Assembly (NCBI GenBank): GCA_027064425.1 | Contig: JAMOPO010000003.1 | Coordinates: forward strand, 1 to 64,000 | Reading direction: 5' to 3' | Origin: Methanobacteriota archaeon | Lineage (GTDB): Archaea > JAADCQ01 > Methanopyri > Methanopyrales > Methanopyraceae | Length of the DNA: 64,000 bases | Shown here: one piece after another, positions 8,701 to 19,135 of the stretch | Layout of the letters: each line of letters opens with the position of its first letter | How positions within the stretch are numbered: the first letter of the stretch is position 1 | Translations under genes and position numbers: made by a program | The notes under the pieces: model-generated | Databases searched by the model: none | Told to the model about the DNA's origin: nothing | Seen by the model: only the letters and a program-made list of their open reading frames with translations

Positions 8701-9799
8701 CGCCCGAACCCCGCAGGCCGCGTTGGAGGATGCCCAGCTCCTCCTCCAGCGCCAGCACCTTCCCCAGCCGCGCCCGCTTCACCGGGTTCTTGGGCGCCAG
8801 CTCGCAGGGAGCGTGCTTCCGGGACACCTCGAAGAACCCCAGGCGCTCGGACACCCGCTGCACCTCGTTCTTATCCATGCCCGCGAGCGGCCGGAACACC
8901 GGGAACCGGGCCACCCGGTCGATCACGGCCAGGTTGTCCGGGATCTGGCTCGCCACCTGGCCGATCACGTCCCCGGTGGCGACACCCACTCCACCGACCC
9001 GCTCGCATAAATCGCACGCCCTCCGCAGCATCTCCCGCTTGCAGAGCACGCACCGGTACCGCGCATCCTCTCCCCGCAGCGACGCGAGCGCCTCCATGAA
9101 GTCCTCAAAGTCTTCAACCTCCAGTCGAACCTCGCCCGGAACCCACTCGGAGAACCGCTCCGCCAGCTCCTCCACCACGTCCACCTCCGACCCGAACCTC
9201 CCCCGATCCAGGTGCAGCCAGACCACCTCGCAGCCCCGCCTCGCCACGTACCACGCCGCCACCGGGCTGTCGATCCCGCCCGACACCAGGCACACCACCG
9301 GCGACTGCGACCCGTACGGTAGCCCGCCCGGCCCCTCGCGCACCCACGAGTCCAGGTACACGAAGCTACCCTCGCGGCGCAACTCCACGTGAATCTCCAC
9401 GTCCGGGTCGTCCAGGTCCACGGACCAGCCGGTGAACCGGCGCACCAGGTCCCCCAACTCCACGTTCACCTCCCGGGAGGACGGGGCCCCCTTCCACGCA
9501 CGCCTCGATCGAACCGCGAAGGACTCGGCCCTCACCTCCCGGAGCTCACCCTTCAGCGCCTCGAACACGTCCTCCGGATCGTGCGACTCCACCCGGATCA
9601 CCCGGGCCCACTTCTCGATCCCGAACACCCGACTCAGCGCCTCCGGATCCTCCGGGTCCCGGACCAGCAGCCGGCCCTCCAGCCGCTCCACCTCGCCGCC
9701 CGCCTGCTCCCGCACGTTACGAGCCAACACCCGCTCCATCTCCTCACGGACCCGAGGCGACTTAACGGCCACCTCCGCGTACATCACCAGGTACTCCAC
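8651..9799 (-). CDS. thiI: tRNA 4-thiouridine(8) synthase, Fe-S type
   Basis: THUMP domain, PP-loop SGGIDS, CVLC, GDVIGQVASQ, RPLAGMDK; GTG start after a GGGGGTG RBS. Confidence 0.9.
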   Translation of the reverse strand: MEYLVMYAEVAVKSPRVREEMERVLARNVREQAGGEVERLEGRLLVRDPEDPEALSRVFGIEKWARVIRVESHDPEDVFEALKGELREVRAESFAVRSRRAWKGAPSSREVNVELGDLVRRFTGWSVDLDDPDVEIHVELRREGSFVYLDSWVREGPGGLPYGSQSPVVCLVSGGIDSPVAAWYVARRGCEVVWLHLDRGRFGSEVDVVEELAERFSEWVPGEVRLEVEDFEDFMEALASLRGEDARYRCVLCKREMLRRACDLCERVGGVGVATGDVIGQVASQIPDNLAVIDRVARFPVFRPLAGMDKNEVQRVSERLGFFEVSRKHAPCELAPKNPVKRARLGKVLALEEELGILQRGLRGSGVAAEERAGDQREDQAR

Positions 9800-9851
9800 G
9801 CACACCCCCGCCCACCCGACCACCCCGGCCCGGAGTCATGGGGGTTACGGT

Positions 9852-10688
9852 GTGGGCCTGCTCGACTCGCTGTTCGGCGGTGAGGGGCCCGAGAGCGGCG
9901 AGGCGGAGGTAACGGAGGTTCGGGACGAGGTCATCAAGGTCGACCTCGCCGAGGGCCCGGTGTACTTCAAGAATGACAGCATCATCGCGGCTCGGGGCGA
10001 CCTCGAGTTCTCCGCCACCAAGCCCGTCCGCGCGTCCGGCGGCCCCGCAGGATTGTTGGAAAAGATACTCAAGATCAAGCTGCTGGGCCTGCGGCGCTAC
10101 TTCGTCCAGGTGGACGGAACCGGCGTCCTGTACGCGGGCGACGGCGGCAAAGTTCACGTCATGGAGGTTCCCGAGGGCGAGCGCCTGACCGTGAACCAGG
10201 ACCGCCTGCTCTTCACCGACACGCCCGCCGACGTGGCCGCCCAGCTGGACGCCAGCGTCCTGAGCACCGGACTGATCGACCTCGGGTTCGAGGGACCGTG
10301 TCAGGTCGTAGTCACCGCCGAGTGCGACCCGGTGGTCATCGAGGTGGAGGAGCCCGTCCTCGTCGACCCGGAGTGCTTAATCGCGTGGACGGGCGACGTC
10401 ACCTTCGAGGCCACCTGGGAGGGGAGCGCGCTGGACCTGCTGCTGGGGCGCAAGCACGGGGAGGAACTAATGCTCGAGGCGCACGGCACCGGGAAGGTGC
10501 TAGTGGCCCCGTACGACGAGCGGCTCAGAAGGCTCGAGAGGATGGTACGTAGATCGGGTGCGAGGGGACACGGGGGGCACGGCGACGAGGAGGAACCGGA
10601 GGAGGGTGAAGGGTGGGAGGGAGGGGAATCCCCGAGTGACCCCCTGGACCTCGACGCGGATGACCTGTTCGACCTCGACTTTGACTAG
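9852..10688 (+). CDS. AIM24/DUF124 family protein with an acidic tail
   Basis: Repeated GxGxL/V beta units, VDPECLIAW, GEELMLEAHGTGKVLV; GTG start chosen inside the longer ORF. Confidence 0.8.
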   Translation: MGLLDSLFGGEGPESGEAEVTEVRDEVIKVDLAEGPVYFKNDSIIAARGDLEFSATKPVRASGGPAGLLEKILKIKLLGLRRYFVQVDGTGVLYAGDGGKVHVMEVPEGERLTVNQDRLLFTDTPADVAAQLDASVLSTGLIDLGFEGPCQVVVTAECDPVVIEVEEPVLVDPECLIAWTGDVTFEATWEGSALDLLLGRKHGEELMLEAHGTGKVLVAPYDERLRRLERMVRRSGARGHGGHGDEEEPEEGEGWEGGESPSDPLDLDADDLFDLDFD

Positions 10689-10711
10689 ACCTCGCCCGTC
10701 CCTCGCGGGGA

Positions 10712-10734
10712 AACGTTACGAATCTCGTAACAAT
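10712..10734. repeat. 23-bp palindromic element, copy 2
   Basis: AACGTTA-CGAATCTCG-TAACAAT; 6 nt downstream of the tRNA-His CCA. Confidence 0.8.
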
Positions 10735-10740
10735 TCCGGC

Positions 10741-10818
10741 TGGGGCCGCGGCCGGGATTTGAACCCGGGACCACCGGCTCCACAGGCCGGCGCTCTAACC
10801 AGGCTGAGCTGCCGCGGC
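10741..10818 (-). tRNA. tRNA-His(GTG); C8, encoded CCA, no genomic G-1
   Basis: Acceptor stem GCCGCGG/CCGCGGC, anticodon arm CCGGC-CTGTGGA-GCCGG, GTTCAAATC T-loop, discriminator C. Confidence 0.97.
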
Positions 10819-10844
10819 GCCCTCCGTCACCGGCGGCTCCCCCT

Positions 10845-10862
10845 CGGCTTATAAAGGTTTCC
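10845..10862 (-). promoter_or_regulatory. BRE/TATA promoter of tRNA-His
   Basis: Minus-strand AAACCTTTATAAG about 30 nt upstream of the tRNA. Confidence 0.75.
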
Positions 10863-12858
10863 GACCCACGGCCGCCAGCACCGCGAGCAGTAGCGCACCG
10901 CTCGCCAGGTAAGCCCACCGCTGGTACCGCTCCCACCCCTCGTACCGGAGCACTGCGGCCCCCCTTCCCACGTGAACCATCATGAACGGGCCGACCGGAC
11001 ACGTCCGGCCCTCCCTACCGCCCACGGACCAGAACGGCGCCCACCCCCACGGAATCACCACGAACCCCCTCTCTCGGACGACCAGCGTGTCCCGGTGCCA
11101 GCTCACGGAGCGCCTGTCGACGTGGATCCTACTGGAGAGGTATGGGGCGAGCTCATCCGCCGCACGATCCACGCTCACGCCTCTCCCCCAGGGGAGCACG
11201 GGGCACGAGACCCGGACCACCCGCCTCGCCCGGCTCACCAGCCCCTTCCTCACCGCCCACCTCCAACCCATCCGATCCACCACCAGGACCTCGCCCGTCC
11301 ACGGAAGCTCCTCGGGGGAGAGCTCCTGTCCCGCCTCCACCGCCGGCGGGTAAAGTCCGGGCACGAGCGGCGGGCGGCCCACCTCACCCGCCAACCGGGC
11401 CCAAAGCACACCGTACACCGTGAACGATCCCACGTACAGTACCCTGACCCGCTCAACCGGGATCGCGTCGCGCAGCGAGAGCTCGGGGGATATGACCTTC
11501 CTGATCCGGCTCGGCGCCGCCGCCCGGGGCAGAGCGTCCGAGGACCTGCCGGCGACTGCCACGTCGACGCGCCGAACCGGAAGCGTCCTCAGGTACCTTT
11601 CCAAGGATTTCCGAACGACCCGCCTCGCCTCCTCTCGCTCCCAGCCCCACGCCGCCAGGTACCAGTTGCAGTGCGGCTGGGTGGTCATCAGGAGCTCGAG
11701 CGCGGGCGCCAGAGCGTGCAGCTGGGGCTCGGAGGCGCCCTGGTAAAAGGCCCCGCTGAGGAGGCAAACGGGTCGACCGGACCAGACCGGCGATGCGGAC
11801 TCGATCCCCGAGCCGTCGTCCACGAGCACCCGGTAATCGTGCGACGGGACGACCCGAAGGTGCGGGTGAACGGCGATCGCGGCGGCCAGCGTGCAAAAGC
11901 CGGCCGCGGAGAGCGCCGCGAAGACCGTTGCGAGCCTCCGCAGACCGGGACCGCCGCGGCGGGCTCCCGCCACCCCGGCCGAGAGCACGATCACCGGCGC
12001 CCGGCCCGCGTCGATGAACCGTAGCGGTCCGTGAGGGCCCACCGCCACGAGACCTAGCGTCGCGACGCTGGTGGACAGGACCACCGTGCCGGCCCCGGAC
12101 CGGAACGCGAGCGGGATTAGTGGGGCGAGCAGGACCGCCACGCCGGCGAGCAGCGGGACGTCCGCCGCGATGACGTGGTGGAACCAGGAGCCCGGGGCGT
12201 ACGAGAACGCCAGGTGGGTGTACCATCCTCCCACCGCCGCTGGCGGTAGGGCGGGCAGGAGCGTGAGCGGAAGAGTCCTATCCCGGCGGGCCTCCAGCAG
12301 CAGCGCGGGGAGGACGTAAACCGGGTTCCCTAGCGCGGCCAGTGACCACGCCAGGGCGACCGGCCAGCGCCGCCTTAGCTCGCACCGGGCCAGGAGAATT
12401 CCGACGGTGATGAGGGCTAGAGAGTAAGTGGTGACCAGCCTGACGGTGAAGGCCTCGAGCAGCTGGGTGGGGATAGAGCCCGCGTAGAAGAGCGCGACGG
12501 CCTCCGCCCGTGGAGTGCCCGCCCCCAGCCTCCTCAGCAGAACCCAGACCCAGCAGGGGAGGGCCCGGTACAGCCCGTCCACGACCGTGCACGCCAGGTA
12601 CGGGTTTCCGGTGAGCTCAAACACCACCACGGCGGGTAGAAAGGGGACGATGGGGTAGTTGATCAGGGGCGGCCGGCCCGTGTAGGAGTACGGGTCCCAG
12701 TCCCCTCGGGCCGGTCCCGCCGTACCCAGCAGGTAGACCTTGTGCGCCTGCACGGCCAGGTCCATGACGACCGCGTGCTCACCGCGAAGCTCTGGGATCG
12801 ACGGTGCCAGCGCCGCCGCGGTAACGAACAGGGCCAGTGCGACGTCGAGCCGGCGCAT
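10849..12858 (-). CDS. GT-C fold (YfhO-like) multipass membrane glycosyltransferase, paralogue 1
   Basis: WDPYSYTGRPPLINYP loop after TM1, many TM helices, SGAFYQG, C-terminal PWGWAPFW...GPFM. Confidence 0.7.
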   Translation of the reverse strand: MRRLDVALALFVTAAALAPSIPELRGEHAVVMDLAVQAHKVYLLGTAGPARGDWDPYSYTGRPPLINYPIVPFLPAVVVFELTGNPYLACTVVDGLYRALPCWVWVLLRRLGAGTPRAEAVALFYAGSIPTQLLEAFTVRLVTTYSLALITVGILLARCELRRRWPVALAWSLAALGNPVYVLPALLLEARRDRTLPLTLLPALPPAAVGGWYTHLAFSYAPGSWFHHVIAADVPLLAGVAVLLAPLIPLAFRSGAGTVVLSTSVATLGLVAVGPHGPLRFIDAGRAPVIVLSAGVAGARRGGPGLRRLATVFAALSAAGFCTLAAAIAVHPHLRVVPSHDYRVLVDDGSGIESASPVWSGRPVCLLSGAFYQGASEPQLHALAPALELLMTTQPHCNWYLAAWGWEREEARRVVRKSLERYLRTLPVRRVDVAVAGRSSDALPRAAAPSRIRKVISPELSLRDAIPVERVRVLYVGSFTVYGVLWARLAGEVGRPPLVPGLYPPAVEAGQELSPEELPWTGEVLVVDRMGWRWAVRKGLVSRARRVVRVSCPVLPWGRGVSVDRAADELAPYLSSRIHVDRRSVSWHRDTLVVRERGFVVIPWGWAPFWSVGGREGRTCPVGPFMMVHVGRGAAVLRYEGWERYQRWAYLASGALLLAVLAAVGRKPL

Positions 12859-12870
12859 CCGGTGCGGCCC

Positions 12871-14583
12871 TCAGTCGTACTTCAGCGCCTCGCACTCCTC
12901 CTCGTACGTCGAGTAGAAGTACGGGGACACGGCCGCGAACTCCGCCGCGCACGTGTCCACCAGCTTGTACGTGGCCTCCACGCCTACCCCCAGCCGCGCC
13001 TCGCGGACCTCGTCCTCATCCACCCCGAGCAGCTCCGCCAGCTGCGCGTCCGAGAAGCCCATCCGCTTGATCTCCCTGACGAACTCTCGCACCTCCTCGT
13101 CCACCTCCTCGCCCCGAATCAGCGCCAGCAGCTCCTCCTTCCTCTCCTCGATCTCGCGCTCCATCTCCACGATCCGCTTAATCTTCTCGATGAACCACGG
13201 GTCGATGCCCGACAACTCCGCCACCTCCTCCACGTCCATGAGCCCCCGCTTCAGGGCCGCGTAGATGTAGAAGATGCGCCGGTCGTTCGGCCGCTCGATG
13301 TTCTTCCGGATCTCCTCCGGGCTTGCCTTCAGCTCCTCTGGCGACGGTCCCAGGCCCGGCTCCCCGATCTCCAGCGACCGGATCGCCTTCTGCAGCGCCT
13401 CCTCGAACGTGCGCCCGATCGCCATCACCTCACCGACCGACTTCATCTCCGTGCCCAGCGTTCGGTCCGCCTCCGGGAACTTGTCGAACGGCCACCGCGG
13501 GATCTTCACCACCACGTAGTCCAGCGCGGGCTCGAACGCCGCGTACGTCTCTCCAGTCACCTGGTTCTCGATCTCGTCCAGGCGCAGCCCGATCGCGATC
13601 TTGGCCGCGATCCGCGCGATCGGGTACCCCGTCGCCTTCGAGGCCAGCGCCGACGACCGGCTCACCCGCGGGTTCACCTCGATGACCCGGTACTCACCCG
13701 TCTCCCGGTTCAGCGCGAACTGGATGTTGCAGCCTCCCTCCACGCCCAGCGCGTCGATGATGTGCAGCGCCGCGCTGCGCAGCATCTGATGCTCCTCCTC
13801 CGTCAGCGTCTGCGCCGGCGCCACCACGATCGACTCGCCCGTGTGCACGCCCATCGGGTCCACGTTCTCCATGCTGCAGACCGTGATGCAGTTGCCCGCG
13901 CCGTCCCGCATCACCTCGTACTCGATCTCCGCCCAGCCACCCACGTACTCCTCGATCAGCACCTGGTTCACCCGGCTGTACTCCAGCCCCCGCTCCACCA
14001 CCCGCTCCAGCTCCTCCTCATCCTCCGCGATGCCCCCGCCCGTGCCGCCCAACGTGTAGGCCGGCCGCACCACCACCGGGTACCCGATCTCCTCCGCCAC
14101 CTCTTTCGCCTCCTCAACCGACGTGACCGCCTCACTCCTGCACACCGGCTCCCCGATCTTCTCCATGAACGCTCGAAACTCGTCCCGGTCCTCCGCCCGC
14201 ACGATCGTCTCGACCGGCGTGCCCAGGACCTTGACGTCGTACTCCTCCAGCACGCCCATCTCGTCCAGCTCCACCGCGATGTTCAGACCCGTCTGCCCGC
14301 CCAGCGTCGGCAGGATCCCGTCCGGCGTCTCCTTCTCGACCACCTTAGCCACGATCCGCGCGTCCAGCGGCTCGATGTAGACGCGGTCCGCCATGTTAGG
14401 GTCCGTCATGATCGTCGCCGGGTTGCTGTTAACGAGGACGACCTCCACGCCCTCCTCCTTCAGCGCCTTGCACGCCTGAGAACCAGAGTAGTCGAACTCC
14501 GCCGCCTGGCCGACGATGATCGGGCCCGACCCGATAATCAGGACTTTATCCGGGGTCTCGGGCAACAGAACCCGCTCCCGCAC
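12871..14583 (-). CDS. carB: Carbamoyl-phosphate synthase large subunit, N-terminal half (split CarB)
   Basis: [32 protein letters not shown]; ends at VDTCAAEF...YFYSTYEEE, the usual split point. Confidence 0.95.
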   Translation of the reverse strand: MRERVLLPETPDKVLIIGSGPIIVGQAAEFDYSGSQACKALKEEGVEVVLVNSNPATIMTDPNMADRVYIEPLDARIVAKVVEKETPDGILPTLGGQTGLNIAVELDEMGVLEEYDVKVLGTPVETIVRAEDRDEFRAFMEKIGEPVCRSEAVTSVEEAKEVAEEIGYPVVVRPAYTLGGTGGGIAEDEEELERVVERGLEYSRVNQVLIEEYVGGWAEIEYEVMRDGAGNCITVCSMENVDPMGVHTGESIVVAPAQTLTEEEHQMLRSAALHIIDALGVEGGCNIQFALNRETGEYRVIEVNPRVSRSSALASKATGYPIARIAAKIAIGLRLDEIENQVTGETYAAFEPALDYVVVKIPRWPFDKFPEADRTLGTEMKSVGEVMAIGRTFEEALQKAIRSLEIGEPGLGPSPEELKASPEEIRKNIERPNDRRIFYIYAALKRGLMDVEEVAELSGIDPWFIEKIKRIVEMEREIEERKEELLALIRGEEVDEEVREFVREIKRMGFSDAQLAELLGVDEDEVREARLGVGVEATYKLVDTCAAEFAAVSPYFYSTYEEECEALKYD

Positions 14584-14640
14584 CAGTGGCGCACATTAAT
14601 AAAGGCATCGACGGGCGAGCTCGTCGCGGGGTGAGCTCGG

Positions 14641-16179
14641 GTGCCCCCCGTTGCCCGCCGGCACGTTGACATCGCCTTCATCGCCGTGACGGTCGGGCTC
14701 GTTTCGCTAATTCTGGTCACCGTTCCCGCCCGCGTCCCCCTGACCCCGTACGTCTACGCTTCCGGCGCCGCGGACCTGAAGGCCGTGAGCGAGAGCCTCA
14801 AGCGCATCGAGCTCCCCGAATGGAACCCGTACCTGGGGGGAGGATACCCGCTGACCCCGACCCCCTGCTACCTGCTTTACGGCCTGAACAGGGCGACGCT
14901 GTTCCTGGCAGCGCTCGCGCTGACGATCGCCGCCTACAGGGCGTTCTCCTCCCGCCTCCTTGCGGCCCTTCTGACGCTCCCGGGCCTCGCCGCCACGATC
15001 TATACCTTGCACCCTGGTCCCTCCCTCGCGACCTGCTACCTGGCGGGACTGATCAAGGACAGCCCGGTGCTCAGGGTGCTGGGTAGCTTCGCGATTCCCG
15101 AGCTCGCCCTCTGCACCGAGCTGGCACTCCGCCGGCCCTCCGGCTGGGTCGTGCTCGCCTCCACCGCCTGCGTGGTCGACATCATCGCCGCCTACTTCGG
15201 GGAGGTGCTGGGCTCCTTCCTGCTGCCGCCGGCAAGGAACCCGTGGTTGATCGCCTACGCCCTCCTTATCCTCGCGACCATCCCGGTGGCCGCCGGGCTG
15301 GCGTACGTCATCCACATGGCGACGACTCGTCCTCCCCGCACCCCTTCCAGGCGCAGGTGGGCGGCCACCACCGCCGCCACCCTCGCGATGTCGGTGGCTT
15401 CCCTGGTGCACCCCGGCTCCCTGGTATTCCTGGCCTTCCCCCTCCTGATCGCGCTGCGCGAGATCCTGAGGCGGACCGACGCCTACCTGAACAGGCTGGA
15501 GTTGCGGCACCCGCTGGCGCTGCCGGTCGCGCTGATTCTGATCATATCCTACGCGCCGGTCAACTCCTTCCTGTTATCGAAGCTGGCCGAACCGCGGCTG
15601 ACCACCCTCGGCCAGAAGGTCGTCGGGAGCGGGGCGACCGCCATACTGTCACCCGACCCGTGGTTCACGGAGGTCACCGAGCGCGTCCTTCGGGGACGCC
15701 CCGTCGCGAACCCACCGTTCCTATCCTCCACACCGACCACCGCCGGCTTTGCGATGCTTCTGCGAGGGCTGGGCGACTACCGGTACATGCTGCTCGCCCC
15801 ACCGATCGCCAGCTGGAGCGTCGACGTCCGCCTGCGTCTGATCGTGCCGCGGATAGCGTCCCCGGGGTACCTCGCGGCCTCCTCCGCCGACCAGCAAGTG
15901 CTGGTCGAGGAGTGGGAGAGGGTGTTCCGGGGTCCCACGGCCCAGGAGCCTAAGGTGGTGACACCACGGACCATCTCGGGTCACGGCCTCGTGGCCCAAT
16001 CCTGCGGCGCCTGGTGGAAGCACTGCCGGAGAGGGCCGTTCGGGCTGATGGTCACCCACGGCGCGGCCCGGTACGACCGACCCACGGCCCCGCTCAGCAC
16101 CCTGCTCGCCCTGTTCAGTGCCGGCTCGGCCGCGATAACGGAGGTCCGGCGGAGCCGCCGACGGGGGGCTGAGGCGTGA
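14641..16179 (+). CDS. GT-C fold (YfhO-like) membrane protein, paralogue 2 (divergent)
   Basis: PEWNPYLGGGYP loop, many TM helices, C-terminal WW...GPFGLM and terminal TM. Confidence 0.6.
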   Translation: MPPVARRHVDIAFIAVTVGLVSLILVTVPARVPLTPYVYASGAADLKAVSESLKRIELPEWNPYLGGGYPLTPTPCYLLYGLNRATLFLAALALTIAAYRAFSSRLLAALLTLPGLAATIYTLHPGPSLATCYLAGLIKDSPVLRVLGSFAIPELALCTELALRRPSGWVVLASTACVVDIIAAYFGEVLGSFLLPPARNPWLIAYALLILATIPVAAGLAYVIHMATTRPPRTPSRRRWAATTAATLAMSVASLVHPGSLVFLAFPLLIALREILRRTDAYLNRLELRHPLALPVALILIISYAPVNSFLLSKLAEPRLTTLGQKVVGSGATAILSPDPWFTEVTERVLRGRPVANPPFLSSTPTTAGFAMLLRGLGDYRYMLLAPPIASWSVDVRLRLIVPRIASPGYLAASSADQQVLVEEWERVFRGPTAQEPKVVTPRTISGHGLVAQSCGAWWKHCRRGPFGLMVTHGAARYDRPTAPLSTLLALFSAGSAAITEVRRSRRRGAEA

Positions 16180-16952
16180 TTCGGGCGCTGTGCCGTGCGG
16201 TGACCGTGGCCGCGGCTATCACGGTGGTGCTCCTCGCGGTCGCCAAGGCCTACTTCCACACCTGGGTCGTTGGGACGACGGTTCACACGCCGCCGTGTGC
16301 CGAGGTGATGACCGTCAAGAAGCTGCCGGCGGCGACGGGCCGCGACCTGGAGCCGGGCCCGGTACGGGTGTACGCCTGGTACAGGGACAGGACCGTGTAC
16401 GTCAGGATGGCCAGTCCCTGGGGTTGGGAGATCGTCCCCGCACCGAAGTTCGGGAGCCGGTACAGGGTCGTGATAGGAGGTCGCAAGGTGGACGTGTACC
16501 TCGGGGCCCTTCCGGCCCCCTTCACCATAGTCTGCGACAGGGTCGTCGGCGTTACCGACGTCAGCGTGGACTACTCCCGGGTTGAGATCGACTGCGGGTG
16601 CTCCGTGGTGCTGCTCAAGAGGCAGATGCTGTACGGCTCCAGGGCCACCCTGCCGTCCTTCATTATCAACGGGAAGATCGTCCGAGGGTACCGAGGGAGG
16701 GCCCACCGTCTGGCGATCGTTTTCCCCACCAGGTTGCCCGTCTTACCCAAGATGCTGCTGGTATTCGGCTTCTCGCCGCCCCTGGAGGTGATCTCGATAG
16801 AGTCCAACTCCGGCGACCTGGAGGTCGACGGCGTGCGTGGTATCATCCGCGCGAAGTCCGGCGTGACCATCCGCTGGGTCCCGATAACCCCGCTGAACTT
16901 CACGGCGGAGGACCTGCTGTACCGGTACCCGCGCTGGCCCTACCCGCTCTGA
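16176..16952 (+). CDS. Membrane-anchored or exported hypothetical protein
   Basis: N-terminal TM, beta-rich body, coupled to the upstream gene (GTGA overlap). Confidence 0.65.
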   Translation: MIRALCRAVTVAAAITVVLLAVAKAYFHTWVVGTTVHTPPCAEVMTVKKLPAATGRDLEPGPVRVYAWYRDRTVYVRMASPWGWEIVPAPKFGSRYRVVIGGRKVDVYLGALPAPFTIVCDRVVGVTDVSVDYSRVEIDCGCSVVLLKRQMLYGSRATLPSFIINGKIVRGYRGRAHRLAIVFPTRLPVLPKMLLVFGFSPPLEVISIESNSGDLEVDGVRGIIRAKSGVTIRWVPITPLNFTAEDLLYRYPRWPYPL

Positions 16953-19135
16953 CCCCTCGACGGTATGACCGCGGCGAGGGCCAGCCCAGCCGCCAGGAGC
17001 AGCAGCGACGCGCGGTAGGCCTTGGACTGGTGGCGCTCCCACGCCACGTAATGCAGCTTGACGGTCTTCCCCCCTGTCCACACGAGCATGTACGGACCAA
17101 TCGGGCACGTGAGCCCCTCCCGGCCGTTCACGGCCCAGAACGGCGCCCAGCTCCACGGGACGATCACCATGGGGCTGCGCGTGCTACCGACCAGCATCAT
17201 GTCGCTGGACAACCGCTTGACCTTGCCGCGAGCTCTGTGCTTGAGCGGAATCCCGGACGCCTCCACCACCCGCGTCAGTACGGGGTGATCGATGGGTGAG
17301 TAGACCGGCCCGAGGACCACGGGCCTCTTCCCGCACCTCTCTACCAGCCTCACCAGCTCACCGACCCTGTGCCGATCGGTCTCCTGCCTGGAGTACGTCA
17401 CAATCACGGTGCGAGCGCGCTTGATCAGCTCGGCCAGGTTCCGGTGGTCGAGCGCCTCGGGATCCACGACCAGCACGTCCCCGGTCCAGTACCGGGTGAC
17501 GTCCAGCGACTGGCGGTGGGCAAGGTTGTACGGCCTCAGGCACGGGACCGCCGGGAAAACCTCGGGGCGGGCGTGCCTGACGAGGTTGATCCAGAAGTAA
17601 CTGTAGTCGGTGAACGAGCCGACGTACACGACCCTAACCCGCGGGACCGGCAGCGCGTCATTCACCGACAGTCGCCCGCCCCGGATGGTGATCGGCCTGA
17701 CGTCCTTGATCCCGGAGACCGAGCCTCCAAACACCGGGGAGAAGTACTCCATCCGGCTCATCGGGAGCATGGTAGCCAGCTTCTCGGACAGCTGGACGCT
17801 GAACATCTGCTTGAGCACGGGCCTCTGGGCGTAGTCGGAGAAGTCTGCCATGACTCCAGGGAAGTAGAGCGCGCTCAGGATCCTCAGCGTCGGTTCCGAG
17901 TTGCCCTGGTAGAACGCGCCTGAGATGGAGAGGCCCACCCGGTTACCCGTCCACGGGAAGATGGCGCTGGCGTCCTCCGGGGACACGATCGCGAACCGCT
18001 TCGCGTGGGTGGACCAGACGCTGCTCGTGGCCGAGTGTATCATTGCCACGCTCCAACTGTGCCCCGTCAGAACGAGCATGGCCATCGAGTAGCACGCCAA
18101 GCCTCCCACGATCCCGCCGAGCACCAGGGACCTGTTCATCACCCGAGAGGTCTTCGCCGCGAGTACGACCAGGGCCATCGACGACACGAGCGCTAGCCTG
18201 TACGTGTCGAGCTGCGTCGTTACCTTCGCGATTCCCAGGACGTAGTACGCCACCGTTGGGGCCGCGATGACCAGGAACGGGCCCACCGTGGCGCTCAGGA
18301 GGGCGACGATCATCAGCGCGCTTGACCGGAGTCTCCTGCAGGCGAGTGGGCAGAGCAGTATCGTCGGCACGGTCAGCACGGCCGTCGCCATCAGCAAGGT
18401 CATGTCGTCATCGTTGTACACGGAGAACGTCAGCCTGGAGGATGCCGGCGGGTTGTCGAACTCCAGCTTACCCGCGTAGTACGTGAACAGAATGATGGGA
18501 GCTGCCGCCGCCGCGGGTATCAGGAAGCTCGCGCCCTCGACCACGGCCAGGAGCAGCACCGGGATTATGGGATAGATGAAGTTTGAGGTCAACGACACGT
18601 ACAGCGTGGCCATGGACACGACTTTCCTTACCCTTCTTTTGAGGTTTGAGAACCACAGGATTACGGCCGCGGCGAAGGCACAGTAGGACAATGTCGTGGC
18701 TACGCGGACGTAGTGGGCGTCATACAGTGGATAGGTTGAGTACAGTGCCAGGTACGTGATGGTCGCAACGGAGGACTCCAGTGTGCACTTCCTTACCGCA
18801 AATAGTATCGCCCAAATTGCTAGTGGAAATATTCTGTAGATGACCTCGGCGACCGTACAGGACAATATCGGGTCTCCAATTAGATGATTAAGCAACGCTG
18901 GGAGGAGGAATGGGATGATCGGATAGTTGATCAACGGGGCCCTACCCAGGTACGAGTAGGGGTCCCAATCCGATCCGGACAACCCGTACTCCGAGATTAG
19001 GTAGGCTTTTAGGGCTTGAACAGGTAGGTCCATGTAGGTTGTGATCCTGCCGATATCGCTGCAGCAGTCGTAAACGATAAAGCTTAGTGACGCTAAAACG
19101 GCAATTGAGATGGCAGCGATAACTTTGGCTTCCAT
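16940..19135 (-). CDS. GT-C fold (YfhO-like) membrane glycosyltransferase, paralogue 3
   Basis: MDLPVQA, WDPYSYLGRAPLINYP, SGAFYQG, YVGSF, PWSWAPFW...CPIGPY; clear paralogue of 10849-12858. Confidence 0.75.
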   Translation of the reverse strand: MEAKVIAAISIAVLASLSFIVYDCCSDIGRITTYMDLPVQALKAYLISEYGLSGSDWDPYSYLGRAPLINYPIIPFLLPALLNHLIGDPILSCTVAEVIYRIFPLAIWAILFAVRKCTLESSVATITYLALYSTYPLYDAHYVRVATTLSYCAFAAAVILWFSNLKRRVRKVVSMATLYVSLTSNFIYPIIPVLLLAVVEGASFLIPAAAAAPIILFTYYAGKLEFDNPPASSRLTFSVYNDDDMTLLMATAVLTVPTILLCPLACRRLRSSALMIVALLSATVGPFLVIAAPTVAYYVLGIAKVTTQLDTYRLALVSSMALVVLAAKTSRVMNRSLVLGGIVGGLACYSMAMLVLTGHSWSVAMIHSATSSVWSTHAKRFAIVSPEDASAIFPWTGNRVGLSISGAFYQGNSEPTLRILSALYFPGVMADFSDYAQRPVLKQMFSVQLSEKLATMLPMSRMEYFSPVFGGSVSGIKDVRPITIRGGRLSVNDALPVPRVRVVYVGSFTDYSYFWINLVRHARPEVFPAVPCLRPYNLAHRQSLDVTRYWTGDVLVVDPEALDHRNLAELIKRARTVIVTYSRQETDRHRVGELVRLVERCGKRPVVLGPVYSPIDHPVLTRVVEASGIPLKHRARGKVKRLSSDMMLVGSTRSPMVIVPWSWAPFWAVNGREGLTCPIGPYMLVWTGGKTVKLHYVAWERHQSKAYRASLLLLAAGLALAAVIPSRGQSG

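Noticed and set aside
12871-14583. carB as a truncated pseudogene
   Set aside because: It ends at the known split point of two-gene CarB in methanogens
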